Shown piece after piece: positions 39,842 to 50,017 of a DNA stretch of 56,302 bases. The notes beneath the pieces were generated by a model. That model saw only the letters and a program-made list of their open reading frames with translations. It was not told the origin of the DNA and made no database searches. The translations under genes and the position numbers were made by a program. The stretch lies in assembly GCA_019429005.1 (NCBI GenBank), contig JAHYJR010000006.1, positions 1 through 56,302 of the forward strand, written 5' to 3'. Numbering within the stretch: the stretch's first letter is position 1; the number at the start of each line of letters is the position of its first letter. The stretch comes from Nanobdellati archaeon. Its GTDB lineage: Archaea; EX4484-52; GLR71.

Positions 39842-40326
39842 ATTTACAGTTATTTTTTGAAGATAATTATAGACGAATCCATGTTCGAGAATATGCAATT
39901 ATACAAAAAATAAGTCCTCCGACAGCATCAAAAAACTTAGAAGAACTGCACAAAAAACAACTGCTCAAAAAAGAAATTGATAAGCAATACTTCTACTATT
40001 TTGCAAATAAAGATTCTGATATATTAAAAGACTTGCAAAGAGTGTATTATAAACAAAAATTAACTCCATTTCTCAATCATCTAGAAGAAAATATGATAAA
40101 TCCAGTCATTATTCTTTTTGGTTCTTTAGCAAAAACAGAAGCAAAACAAAATTCAGATATAGATATTGCAGTATTTACAACATCAAAAAAAGAAATAAAT
40201 ACAAAACAATTTGAAAAAAATATACAAAGAGAAATTCAATTATTCACATTCAAAACATTAACAGAAGTCCCTGAAGAATTAAAAAATAATATATTGAATG
40301 GGTACATAATGAGAGGGATGTGGTAA
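39823..40326 (+). CDS. wHTH + minimal nucleotidyltransferase (MNT antitoxin)
   Basis: HVREYA...ISPPTASK.L HTH; LFGSLAK......SDIDIAV. Confidence 0.92.
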   Translation: MLKILNDLQLFFEDNYRRIHVREYAIIQKISPPTASKNLEELHKKQLLKKEIDKQYFYYFANKDSDILKDLQRVYYKQKLTPFLNHLEENMINPVIILFGSLAKTEAKQNSDIDIAVFTTSKKEINTKQFEKNIQREIQLFTFKTLTEVPEELKNNILNGYIMRGMW

Positions 40327-40327
40327 A

Positions 40328-40723
40328 ATGGATTGGACTGAATGCATAAAAAGCAGAACTGTAAAAGATGTATCTGAAGATAAAAACAGAATTCAATCAA
40401 TACGAGAGATAGCTTTATTAAAAATAAAATCTGCTAATTTTTTACCAGAGGACCATATAATAAGTAAAATATCGTTATTATATGATGCACTTAGAGAATT
40501 ATTAGAAGCAAAAGCATTAGAAAATGGATATAAAATATATAATCATGAGTGTTATATTGCTTTCTTAAAAGAAATCCTCAACAAATCAAAAGAAGGATAT
40601 TTGTTTGATAATCTTAGAAAAATAAGAAACGGTATAAATTATTATGGTAAAACTGTTGATTCAGAAGATGCCGAAAAAATTATTATAGATCTTAAAAAAT
40701 TAATACAAGAGTTTTTACAATGA
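40328..40723 (+). CDS. HEPN-domain protein (MNT partner)
   Basis: Y..LRELLEA, NHEC, RKIRNGINYYG (R-x4-Y variant); 1 bp from the MNT stop. Confidence 0.85.
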   Translation: MDWTECIKSRTVKDVSEDKNRIQSIREIALLKIKSANFLPEDHIISKISLLYDALRELLEAKALENGYKIYNHECYIAFLKEILNKSKEGYLFDNLRKIRNGINYYGKTVDSEDAEKIIIDLKKLIQEFLQ

Positions 40724-40844
40724 AATTCATCGTTGAATAATTAATTATTAGGATTCCTGAATATTACAAAAAAGTGTATTGTCTTTGTGAATTGCTTGGA
40801 ATTGAAAAATCTAAAATTAAAGAATATATTTGTTAGGTGTGTTT

Positions 40845-41900
40845 GTGACTGAATTATTAGATAAAGAAAAAGATCTTAATTTTTTTGATAAGTATCTGTC
40901 TATTTGGGTTGCGTTAAGCATTCTTTTAGGAACTTTTATTGGATATTCTTTTCCAAAATTAGCAGGTATGATGGGTGGGTTTGAAGTTGCAAATGTTTCA
41001 ATACCTATTGCTGTTGTGTTATTAGTAATGATGTATCCTATCATGTTAAAGATATCTTTCGGTGAAATATTTAAAGTCAAAAAGAACCCAAAGCCTTTAG
41101 TCCTTACATTAATTGTTAATTGGGCCATCAAGCCTTTTACAATGGCAGTTATAGCTTGGATTTTTATGCGTATCTTTTTCGCACAGTTAATTCCTTTTGA
41201 GTTACAGAGCGAATATATTGCAGGTATGATACTTTTAGGGTTAGCACCATGTACAGCAATGGTTCTTGTGTGGACAAATCTTGCAAAAGCAAATATCAAT
41301 TATGCATTAGTTCAAGTATCAATCAATGATTTAATTATTTTGGTATTGTTTGCACCTATAGGAGCATTTCTATTAGGGGTTACTACTGGATTTCCAGTAC
41401 CTATTGCTACAATATTTTATTCAGTTCTGTTTTATGTTGCAATACCTTTGGTATTAGCAATGACAACTAGACATTTTTTTGTAAAAAATAAAGGTTTATC
41501 TTGGTTTGAAAACAAGTTTATCAAGAAACTAGAATGGTTTACTCCAGCCGGTTTATTAATCACTTTGGTTTTAATTTTCATATTTCAAGGGGCTAAAATA
41601 ATAGCTTATCCGTTTCATATTATACTTATTGCAATACCTCTGATTCTTCAGACATATTTGATATTTTATATTGGTTATATTGGTGCAAAAATATTGAAAA
41701 TACCTTACGCTGAAGCAGCACCATCAACGTTTATTGGAGCAAGTAACTTTTTTGAACTTTCAGTTGCTGTTGCATTGATATTGTTCGGTATGGAATCTGG
41801 AGCAACACTTGCAACGATAGTAGGTGTATTGGTAGAAGTTCCAATAATGCTATCATTAGTAAAAATCATGAAAAAAAATAAAGATCAATTTTGTTTTTAA
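40845..41900 (+). CDS. acr3: ACR3-family arsenite efflux transporter
   Basis: MMYP, NWAIKPF, APCTAMVLVW, SNFFEL, GVLVEVP. Confidence 0.95.
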   Translation: MTELLDKEKDLNFFDKYLSIWVALSILLGTFIGYSFPKLAGMMGGFEVANVSIPIAVVLLVMMYPIMLKISFGEIFKVKKNPKPLVLTLIVNWAIKPFTMAVIAWIFMRIFFAQLIPFELQSEYIAGMILLGLAPCTAMVLVWTNLAKANINYALVQVSINDLIILVLFAPIGAFLLGVTTGFPVPIATIFYSVLFYVAIPLVLAMTTRHFFVKNKGLSWFENKFIKKLEWFTPAGLLITLVLIFIFQGAKIIAYPFHIILIAIPLILQTYLIFYIGYIGAKILKIPYAEAAPSTFIGASNFFELSVAVALILFGMESGATLATIVGVLVEVPIMLSLVKIMKKNKDQFCF

Positions 41901-42139
41901 ATTGTGTTCTGTTTTAATTTGTTTTTTCATATTCTGTATTTTTGGAGTATCTTATCGCTTTTTTAACGCGATTTTTATTGATTTTTCAGCAATCTTATCT
42001 TCTAATTTTATTTTCAGACTTAACTGATTCAATATAACTTAAAATTATATGAACTTTTGTTCGTTTTAGATTAGATATAGTATTGTTATTTTTTTGTTTT
42101 CAAAAAACCTTTAAATCCCTCGCCACCTAATTATTATCC

Positions 42140-45100
42140 ATGACAAAAACATCCCAAGACCTAGCGATAGAAAAAACTGAAGGACCATGCATGGTTCTTG
42201 CAGGTGCTGGGACTGGGAAGACCACAACAATAGTCAAGAAAGTGGGGTACTTAATAAATAATAATCATTACAATCCTAAAGACATCTTATGCCTTACTTT
42301 TTCTAATGAAGCTACAAATAATTTGAGATTGGAAATACAAAAACATGTCAAAAAAGCTACAGATGTCACGGTCCGGACATTTCACGGTTTTTGTGCTGAT
42401 ATCCTGAAAGAGTTTGGTCACTTAATTGGTATTGATCAGGATTTTCAAATCCTGTTACCTGATGATGCAAAAGTTTGGTTTTATCGTGATTTTAATATAA
42501 CTTCGTATAATGCGGATCTATATGTATCATCAATTTCAACTGCAAAAGATTTTGGTATCAGCCTAAAGAAGATTGAAGATTATACAAATAAATTGAAAGA
42601 ACAGTTTGAAGATCCAGATACTTTAGAAGATACAGTCAATGAATACCTTTTAGAGCTCAATACTTTACATCTTGAAGCGTCTGATACTGTTGATGAAAGA
42701 AGGATAATAAAACTCAGAAAAAAAGAGTTGACCTTATTCATAAAACAGTATGATGAATATATCAAATACTATAATTTTGTTGATGCCTGGAAATTGTATG
42801 AAGCAAAAAAGAAAGAAAAAAAGTACTTAGATTATTCCGACCTGAACCGTTTTGTTCTTGAATTGTTTGAACGTGTAGATATGACAGAAATGATAGATAA
42901 ATACAAATATGTTATAGTGGATGAGTTTCAGGATACGAACAAGATGCAGTTTGAACTTATTGAAAATCTTGCAAAGGACCACAGAAACATAACAGTTGTA
43001 GGTGATCAGAACCAATCAATCTATGGTTTCAGGGGGGCTTATAAGGAAAGTTTTAATCATTTCAAAGAAGTGTTTAAGATAGATGATAATAAGGACATAT
43101 TTAAGTTTGATAAGACTTTTAGGTCTCCAAACAGTGTCTTAAGGATTGCACATAAGCTTATTCTGAACAATTATGAGGACGTTTCCGATTGTGTCTTTGT
43201 TGAAAATGGCAAAGGGATTGAAGGAAATAAGATTGAAGTGATTAATCTTGTAAATTCTGATGAAGAGGCAAGGAAAGTTACAGAACTTGTTGAAGATGCA
43301 ATATCAAAAGGTTGTGAGCTTAATCAAATTTGCGTATTATACAGGACACATAGCCAAGGTCAGTTATTTAGGCAAGTATTGGAATCTAAAAATATACCAA
43401 TAATTGCTGCAGGTAAAGTTAATCTATTGAATCGTCATGAGATTAAGACAACTATATCATATTTATCTATATTGAATAATCTTATTGAACATAAAGGTAT
43501 AGGTGAACAAGCATGGTGGAATGTGCTTCATTATCATAATACATTTACACCAGGGGATTCTTTAACGTTAGGAAGGTATCTTAAAGCTGAAAGAGATAAC
43601 AATGTCTCGGTTGATGATGCATTACTTAATTGCCTTAATGATGTTAAGATATCTGAAGATGGTAAGAAAATCTTATCTAGGATTGTATCTAAGTTACAAG
43701 TGCTTGTTGTAAACTCTAATAAGTCGTTACCTGATTTAGTTTTGGATATCTATGAGATTATTGGGCTTAACCGTAAATTTACGCATGAGAGAACAATCAA
43801 GAATGTTGAGTCTCTGATGAATCTTAAATTATTTTATAATTTAGCTGAATCATATTATAAAAATCATGATAAGAGCTTGAGTTCTTTTATTGATTACCTA
43901 GATATTCTTGATGAGTTGAGCATCAATATATCGCCATCACTTATAACTGATATTAATGCTGTACGTGTCATGACAATACATGGCAGTAAAGGTCTTGAAT
44001 TTAAAAAAGTTATTGTGACTAATCTTTCAGAAAAACGGTTTCCTATTGAGAGGACACATAAATCGCCACTTATACCTAAAGAGATGAATCCGGATATTAA
44101 GCGGATATTGGATAAGGCTGGGGATGTGAGTGATAATGAGAAGACTCAGTTGATTAAAGATTATGAGAAAGAATCAATGCTATATGAAGAACGAAGACTT
44201 TGTTATGTTGCATTTACAAGGGCAAGCGAGACTCTTACAATAACTCATGCAAGGTCATATAATGGTGTTCCTGATTCTGCTATACCATCATTGTTTCTTC
44301 GTGAGATTGAATTTGATGAAAATGCCGATATTGAAATTGTTGAAGATCTAGATGAGACTAGTACTTTGTTAGCACCGTCTTCTAAATATGAGTTATTGAA
44401 ATCTTCTTTAAAGAAGCAATTATTTGATTCTCTTGATAATGAGGATTTTTCTGATATCTTATCTAGGCTTATTAAGTATCATTCTTTGAGAGAAGGCAAG
44501 GTTCTTGAGTATGATAAACTTGTTGATTGGTCTAAGGTTGTTGATAAGGATAAGATTAAATTACTTCTTGATATGGAACGAGAGAAGGTATCTAAACTGA
44601 AGTTCAATCCTGAGAATTTTATGTTTTCACCTACAGCGATATTGGATTATCATAGTTGTCCTAAGTTGTATGAATTGAAGCATATATTTAAGATGCCTGG
44701 ACGGCGTGATTTTAGTGGTTCTGGTAGCAGTACATTTACAGGTAGTTTTGTTCATGAGCTTCTGGAGATTGGTGTTCGGGATGGGTATAAAACTGAGAAA
44801 GAATTTATAGATCTTGCACTTAAAATGTCAAAACTTTCTGATTGGAAAGGTGCGGATTTAAAAGATGTTAATCAGTTGATCTCTGTATTTTTTGCGCGGA
44901 ATTCATCTAAATATAATGATAAGTCAATTGTTGAAGGTTGGTTGAAAGTTGATATTGATGGTTTCAGGTTTGTCGGCAAATTTGATAGGATTGATTTTAT
45001 ATCAGGTAATGATGTTGAGATTATAGATTATAAGACTAACAAGAGTGTGATTGATCCTGTTAAGAGAGCTTGGCAATTAGGGTTTTATGTACTTGCTGTT

Positions 45101-45367
45101 AAAGACAATCTTGGTCTGAATCCGGTTAAGGCGACGTTAGATATGTTGCGTTTGGATAAGCCTTATTGCGGTGACATTGAAGCTGATGGTAATGTTACAG
45201 CTGGGCGTAGTTCTGGGTTTAATGTAACTGAAGTTCGGAAAGAATTAGTTGAGTGTGCTAGGGCTATAGTTTCTGATTATGAGGGTGAGTTTGTACCGAC
45301 TGAGGATGAGAGTGCTTGTAAGTTTTGCGGTTATAAGTTTTACTGTTCTAAGTGGGCTAGGGAATGA
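42140..45367 (+). CDS. UvrD/PcrA-like SF1 helicase fused to a C-terminal PD-(D/E)XK nuclease with Fe-S cysteines
   Basis: AGAGTGKT, VDEFQD, VGDQNQSIYGFRGA, TIHGSKGLEF, EERRLCYVAFTRA; SCP...GKFDRID..IIDYKT..CKFCGYKFYC. Confidence 0.93.
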   Translation: MTKTSQDLAIEKTEGPCMVLAGAGTGKTTTIVKKVGYLINNNHYNPKDILCLTFSNEATNNLRLEIQKHVKKATDVTVRTFHGFCADILKEFGHLIGIDQDFQILLPDDAKVWFYRDFNITSYNADLYVSSISTAKDFGISLKKIEDYTNKLKEQFEDPDTLEDTVNEYLLELNTLHLEASDTVDERRIIKLRKKELTLFIKQYDEYIKYYNFVDAWKLYEAKKKEKKYLDYSDLNRFVLELFERVDMTEMIDKYKYVIVDEFQDTNKMQFELIENLAKDHRNITVVGDQNQSIYGFRGAYKESFNHFKEVFKIDDNKDIFKFDKTFRSPNSVLRIAHKLILNNYEDVSDCVFVENGKGIEGNKIEVINLVNSDEEARKVTELVEDAISKGCELNQICVLYRTHSQGQLFRQVLESKNIPIIAAGKVNLLNRHEIKTTISYLSILNNLIEHKGIGEQAWWNVLHYHNTFTPGDSLTLGRYLKAERDNNVSVDDALLNCLNDVKISEDGKKILSRIVSKLQVLVVNSNKSLPDLVLDIYEIIGLNRKFTHERTIKNVESLMNLKLFYNLAESYYKNHDKSLSSFIDYLDILDELSINISPSLITDINAVRVMTIHGSKGLEFKKVIVTNLSEKRFPIERTHKSPLIPKEMNPDIKRILDKAGDVSDNEKTQLIKDYEKESMLYEERRLCYVAFTRASETLTITHARSYNGVPDSAIPSLFLREIEFDENADIEIVEDLDETSTLLAPSSKYELLKSSLKKQLFDSLDNEDFSDILSRLIKYHSLREGKVLEYDKLVDWSKVVDKDKIKLLLDMEREKVSKLKFNPENFMFSPTAILDYHSCPKLYELKHIFKMPGRRDFSGSGSSTFTGSFVHELLEIGVRDGYKTEKEFIDLALKMSKLSDWKGADLKDVNQLISVFFARNSSKYNDKSIVEGWLKVDIDGFRFVGKFDRIDFISGNDVEIIDYKTNKSVIDPVKRAWQLGFYVLAVKDNLGLNPVKATLDMLRLDKPYCGDIEADGNVTAGRSSGFNVTEVRKELVECARAIVSDYEGEFVPTEDESACKFCGYKFYCSKWARE

Positions 45368-45404
45368 TGGTTTAAGTTAGTGTGTTAGGCTGAGATTGTA
45401 AGAA

Positions 45405-45600
45405 AATTTAATAGTTTTTTATCTAAAATGAATCCTATAATTGCGAATTATTTAAGGACTTTGGTTGCCCAAATTCTAAATTGAGTTGCCATTTGTGAAT
45501 TTACTTTTTATTCTACTGAAATTATTGTATCAAGATTATAGAATTGAGTGTCATATGATTTCCTATCATTGGCAGTATGTCGGAATTTCCGTCAAGCTGA
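45405..45600 (-). pseudogene. RhuM-family fragment with in-frame stops
   Basis: RKFRHTANDRKSYDTQFYNLDTIISVE*KVNSQMATQFRIWATKVLK*FAIIGFILD. Confidence 0.8.
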
Positions 45601-45676
45601 AGGTTTCTTATTTATCATTATATATTGTTTTGCTAAATAAGTATGGAGTTTCAACAAAAATATTTACACTCTAGTA

Positions 45677-46936
45677 TTATTCTAACATCCATTTCCATAT
45701 CGGTTTAATTATAATTTTTTTATTTTCTAAAATTATTGTTTCTTCATTTTCGGATGTTAAAATCAAACCTTCATTTAATTTGTATTTAGACATTGCTTCA
45801 AGCAATCCATCTATTTCTCTTTTTTTTGTCAAATGATTACTAATATCTGAAGAAACCTGTATTGCCTTGGTTATTTTTATACCTTCTTTGACTATAAAAT
45901 CACATTCTTTTTTATTTAAGTGATAGTAGATCTCATAGTTTTTTCTTAAAAGCTCTAAAAAAACGAGGTTTTCAAGTTTTCTGTCAGTATTTAGAGAAAA
46001 ATTAAAAGAAATAGTTTTCAAAAAACTGTTATCTCCGGAATATATTTTTGATGAAGAAACTTTTTGTTTTTTAATTGAATAGTCAAATCGTGCAATTGAA
46101 TATATTAAAAAAACATTTTTTAAATAATCAATATAGTTTTTTATTGTACTTAAGCTTTTTATTCCTGTAACTTCTTTTAATGCAGAGTAAGAATATATTT
46201 TTCCGACATTTGAGATAAGAAATAAAACCATATCTTTTAGTTCTTTGACTTCTTTAATTCTGTAACGATTCAATACATCTTTATTAAGAATGTCTTCGAA
46301 ATATTGTCCAGACAAATCTATATCGTTGTTTTTTAAAACAAGGGGAAATCCGCCTTTTTCTAAGTATTCATTAAAAAAACCATATATTTCAACTTTTTTT
46401 TGGCTTGTGACTGTGCTTAAATTTAAATCGGTTATTTTTTTTAGAGCAAGATATTCTTTGAATGAAAAAGGATGCAGTTTAATTACTTTATTTCGTCCAG
46501 TAAGGTATGTTGAAATTTCAGAACTCAGCAGACTTGAATTAGAACCGCTTATATATACTTTTATACATTTTGCATTAAGGTTATTCACCCATCGTTCCCA
46601 GTATAAAACATTTTGTATTTCATCAAGAAAGTAAGTTATGTTTTCTTTATTTCCATATAGTTCGTGCACTATATCCTCAATATCATTAAAATTTTCAGTG
46701 CTAAAATCAATAAACCTTATGTCATCAAAATTTAAGAATAAACTTATGCCACTTGTTTTAAGAGATATTATTTTTAACAGAGAGCTTTTTCCGCATCGTC
46801 TTATGCCAGAAATCACAATAATTTCATTCCCTAAAAGGTATTTGGTTAAGTCTAAATCTCTTTGAATTAGGTCTTCTTTTTTTTTGAAAGAATCCTGTTG
46901 GTCTATAATTAGCTGCCTAAGATTATTTTTATCCAT
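45677..46936 (-). CDS. AAA+ ATPase (AAA_14 + DUF4143 type)
   Basis: GIRRCGKS, FLDEIQ, SGSNS, GGFP, LEN.VF..L, ECDF, IQV. Confidence 0.92.
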   Translation of the reverse strand: MDKNNLRQLIIDQQDSFKKKEDLIQRDLDLTKYLLGNEIIVISGIRRCGKSSLLKIISLKTSGISLFLNFDDIRFIDFSTENFNDIEDIVHELYGNKENITYFLDEIQNVLYWERWVNNLNAKCIKVYISGSNSSLLSSEISTYLTGRNKVIKLHPFSFKEYLALKKITDLNLSTVTSQKKVEIYGFFNEYLEKGGFPLVLKNNDIDLSGQYFEDILNKDVLNRYRIKEVKELKDMVLFLISNVGKIYSYSALKEVTGIKSLSTIKNYIDYLKNVFLIYSIARFDYSIKKQKVSSSKIYSGDNSFLKTISFNFSLNTDRKLENLVFLELLRKNYEIYYHLNKKECDFIVKEGIKITKAIQVSSDISNHLTKKREIDGLLEAMSKYKLNEGLILTSENEETIILENKKIIIKPIWKWMLE

Positions 46937-46972
46937 ACAGTTTATTGTAATATTGCGTATATAAACCTTTCG

Positions 46973-46986
46973 TTGTCAACTGACAA
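46973..46986. promoter_or_regulatory. Palindrome TTGTCA-N2-TGACAA next to the BRE/TATA of the AAA ATPase gene
   Basis: Minus strand reads TTGTCAGTTGACAA-CGAAAG-GTTTATATA. Confidence 0.45.
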
Positions 46987-47009
46987 GTGTTTATAAATGG
47001 TTGTTTTTT

Positions 47010-47327
47010 TTTAAGTTCTGTTTCAGATTTCACTAATTTTTCTCTTGCATCAACTCGTTCTTTTAATGCAATCCGTTCTTCAATTAATTATTGTTTTCTT
47101 GTCTGGATTGCAAAATAACTTTGTGCAAACGCAATTTCATCTTTTCTTGAATTTCAATTTTGAGCAATAAGATAACATACATATCTTGTTAGCATATAAT
47201 CTTTAATTTCTCGTTCTGCACCAGATCCTACTTCAACCATTTGCCTGACGTCTGGAAAATGATTAGAGATAACGTTTTTTGTATTTTTACAGGATTTTTT
47301 TTGCTTTATTTATAGTATTTGATACAT
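47010..47327 (-). pseudogene. DinD (DNA-damage-inducible protein D) family fragment
   Basis: HFPDVRQMVEVGSGAEREIKDYMLTRYVCYLIAQN*NSRKDEIAFAQSYFAIQTRKQ*LIE. Confidence 0.85.
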
Positions 47328-47495
47328 TTAAATCCTCAGATTTTTTAATTTAAACTTAATCAATCATAGTATGTATAATCATGTTCTTAGACGTATTTTA
47401 ACTGTTCTTTTGATCAAACAGGTTTATAAAAATAGGTTTTAAATAAAATTCTTAAAGAATATTGTTTATAAATTGTTATTTAATGTTGGGTTAAT

Positions 47496-47720
47496 ATGGT
47501 TAATAAGAAATTTATTGGAATTGAGATGGGTGTTTCAGCATTTACAGAATTTAAGATGAAAGATGGTTCTATTGAGTCTACTGAAGATGGTATCTTTTTA
47601 GGAATTGTTAATGCTAAAGACAAAGATGATGCTTATCAAAATATTATGTCATTAGATCATAATAGGAATAGGGCTTTTGATAGGATTTATCTGTTTGAAG
47701 TCGTAGATGTGCGTTATTAA
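47496..47720 (+). CDS. Hypothetical protein
   Basis: 74-aa ORF with ATG start. Confidence 0.55.
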   Translation: MVNKKFIGIEMGVSAFTEFKMKDGSIESTEDGIFLGIVNAKDKDDAYQNIMSLDHNRNRAFDRIYLFEVVDVRY

Positions 47721-47864
47721 ATATTTTTTATATATTTTAAATTAATATAAATATTGTTTAATAATGATTATTACTGTAATTGTATCAAAAAACGGTTTAA
47801 AATGTGTAATATCAGTATTATTTTATGTTTGGATAAATTATCAAAAAAAGAAGGGTGTTATATA

Positions 47865-48345
47865 ATGGATAATAAAAAAATTCAATTGTTTTGTTTAATG
47901 ATAAACCGATTCGTCGAATCTGGAGTGTGGATAAAGAAGATTGGTTTTTTAGTGTTATTGGTATGATTGCTATTTTAACAGAAAGTTCAAGACCCCGAAA
48001 GTATTGGAATGCTTTAAAGACAAAATTAAATGTAGAAGGAAGTCAACTGTCCCAATTTAGGGGACAGTTCAAAATGATTGCTACAGATGGTAACATGAGA
48101 GAGACTGATTGTTTTTCTACAGAAAATATATTGCGTTTAATCTAATCAATACCATCTTCTAAAGCAGAACCTTTTAAGGTATGGCTTGCTAAAGTTGGAA
48201 CTGAAAGGATTGATGAATTAGCAGATCCGCAAAAAGAGATAGATAGAGCTCTTGAAACTTATTTGAAAAAAGGATATTCAAAAGAATTGATTAATCAGAG
48301 ATTAAAAACGATTGAAGTTCGTAAAGATTTGACTGATGAATGGGG
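47865..48345 (+). pseudogene. BRO-N family gene, frameshifted and with a nonsense codon
   Basis: MDNKKIQLF / 5-bp TGTTT duplication / NDKPIR..W...WFFSV...RKYW..LK...RLI*SIPSSKAEPFKVWLAKVG..RIDE..DP. Confidence 0.85.
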
Positions 48346-48574
48346 TGACTTTTTTAATATTCATGTTTTAAGTGGGTTTGAAAATCATCTGCAATATATT
48401 GCTAATAAATGGCAAGATTTTGCCAAAAAATGGTACAGTGTTTAAGTGTGTAGCATGATGCAAGTTATCTAACACATAGCAAGTTTGATAAATCGGTAAT
48501 AGATGATTATGAAAATCAAGTTATAGATTTTATCAATAAAACAGAAGAGATTATACAAAATGAATAAACTAAGA

Positions 48575-49477
48575 TTATCTTGATTTCTTTTTTGTACCAT
48601 TTAGTAAATCTTGATACCTTTTTGTAAACTTTATTTTCATTGTAGTTTTATCGCTATTGTCAGAAATTATCTTTTGAATTGAATCTAAAGTCTGTTTTTC
48701 TATTGTTTTTGCAAGATCTAGTTGTTGGAATTTAAACTGGTGATTATACCACATATCGTAACAGGTTTCTGCCATTCGAGTTCCAATACTTTGCGGTTCT
48801 TTTGATTTTTTACGATAATTTTCTCTCTCAACGTTTGCAAAAGTATCCATATCAACAAGTGGATATTTATGATGATTTTTATCTGCACCAACAGACCAGT
48901 TTGCAAGTTTTGTATCTAACATAATACCTTCATGTTCATATAGTTTAAGTGTGTCTGTAATAATAGTTCCTAATGCATCACAGATTTCATCTTCGTTGTT
49001 TTTGAATGGTTTATGTTGAAGATTTTCATCACCTTCCCAACTAAATCTATCAATTCTAACTTGATTGCCAGAATTTTTCCAAGTAAGGTCAGACCATATT
49101 GTTTCAAGATAATCTGCTGTTGTTATTTGTTTATTGAGCATTTTCCAAAAATCAATATCATTTTGTAATCTTTCTTCGCTATCATAAGGAATCCCTTTTA
49201 CAGTCATTTCTCTACGTGTAATCTTAAAAACCGTTTTCCTATCACTGCGTGTAGGAGTATATGCAAAAACTCTGAAATTTGAACCTTGTGGACGTATTAG
49301 GGGTAATTCGTATAATTCACCGCCACTATATAAATTAGCAAATATTGGCTCAATACAATAATCAGGATGTTTCCTTAGTCCAAGATATCTTGTGTCTCCA
49401 ATATTGTGAATATCCTTCTTTTTATGATCTAAGATAATTGTTAGGTCCTCGGCGGAGTTTATTGAATAGTTCGTCAT
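48575..49477 (-). CDS. Hypothetical protein with protein-kinase-like motifs
   Basis: QGSNFRVF, VFKI, LDTKLANW, LVDMD in kinase order. Confidence 0.55.
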   Translation of the reverse strand: MTNYSINSAEDLTIILDHKKKDIHNIGDTRYLGLRKHPDYCIEPIFANLYSGGELYELPLIRPQGSNFRVFAYTPTRSDRKTVFKITRREMTVKGIPYDSEERLQNDIDFWKMLNKQITTADYLETIWSDLTWKNSGNQVRIDRFSWEGDENLQHKPFKNNEDEICDALGTIITDTLKLYEHEGIMLDTKLANWSVGADKNHHKYPLVDMDTFANVERENYRKKSKEPQSIGTRMAETCYDMWYNHQFKFQQLDLAKTIEKQTLDSIQKIISDNSDKTTMKIKFTKRYQDLLNGTKKKSR

Positions 49478-50017
49478 AATATCCCTGATACTATTATTTA
49501 GTGATTAACTATTTAAATATATCTTTTTTGGTGCTTTTCTAACAGTTCCCCTAAAAATAAGATATATAAATTTTAGAGGATAAAGGATTTGTATATATCA
49601 ATAGTATTGATTTTAAATGTTGTGTTCAAAAAGTGATATTTTGGTGTTGTTGTTAGCTTTTTTCAAAGAAAATGTTTTTGTTTTTTTTGAATATTATCTT
49701 ATTGTTTTGTATTAGTATTAAGGTAAGATTATACTTATAGTACGTTTATATTGGTCTCGGTTATTTGATAGGATTTGGGGTTATTAGGTGTTTTATATGA
49801 AACGGATGATTATTTTTTAGGTATTGTGTGTTCTATTTTTGAATATGTTTGTCTCTTTTGCATATTTTTGAAGTGGGCCATACATATTAAATCACATTTA
49901 TTTATGGTATTTTAAATTTTATATATGTTTATGTATTTGTTACTATTAAGTTGTGTATGTTTGTTTTTAAAGTAGGTTTTAAATTTAAAAGTCATATCTT
50001 GTCAAAATTGAATCGTT

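Larger units (their letters stand above)
39084..49500. other. Accessory/island-like region downstream of tRNA-Thr; boundaries approximate
   Basis: TA pair, ACR3, helicase-nuclease, several gene remnants, local change in strand skew; no integrase or att duplication seen. Confidence 0.45.

Noticed and set aside
44620-45367. Cas4 gene
   Set aside because: The Fe-S PD-(D/E)XK domain is fused to a UvrD helicase and has no CRISPR context.
45486-45674. 62-aa plus-strand ORF
   Set aside because: It is antisense to the recognisable RhuM remnant.
39084-49500. Intact provirus or integrative element at tRNA-Thr
   Set aside because: No integrase, structural genes or duplicated tRNA 3' end were found by eye.
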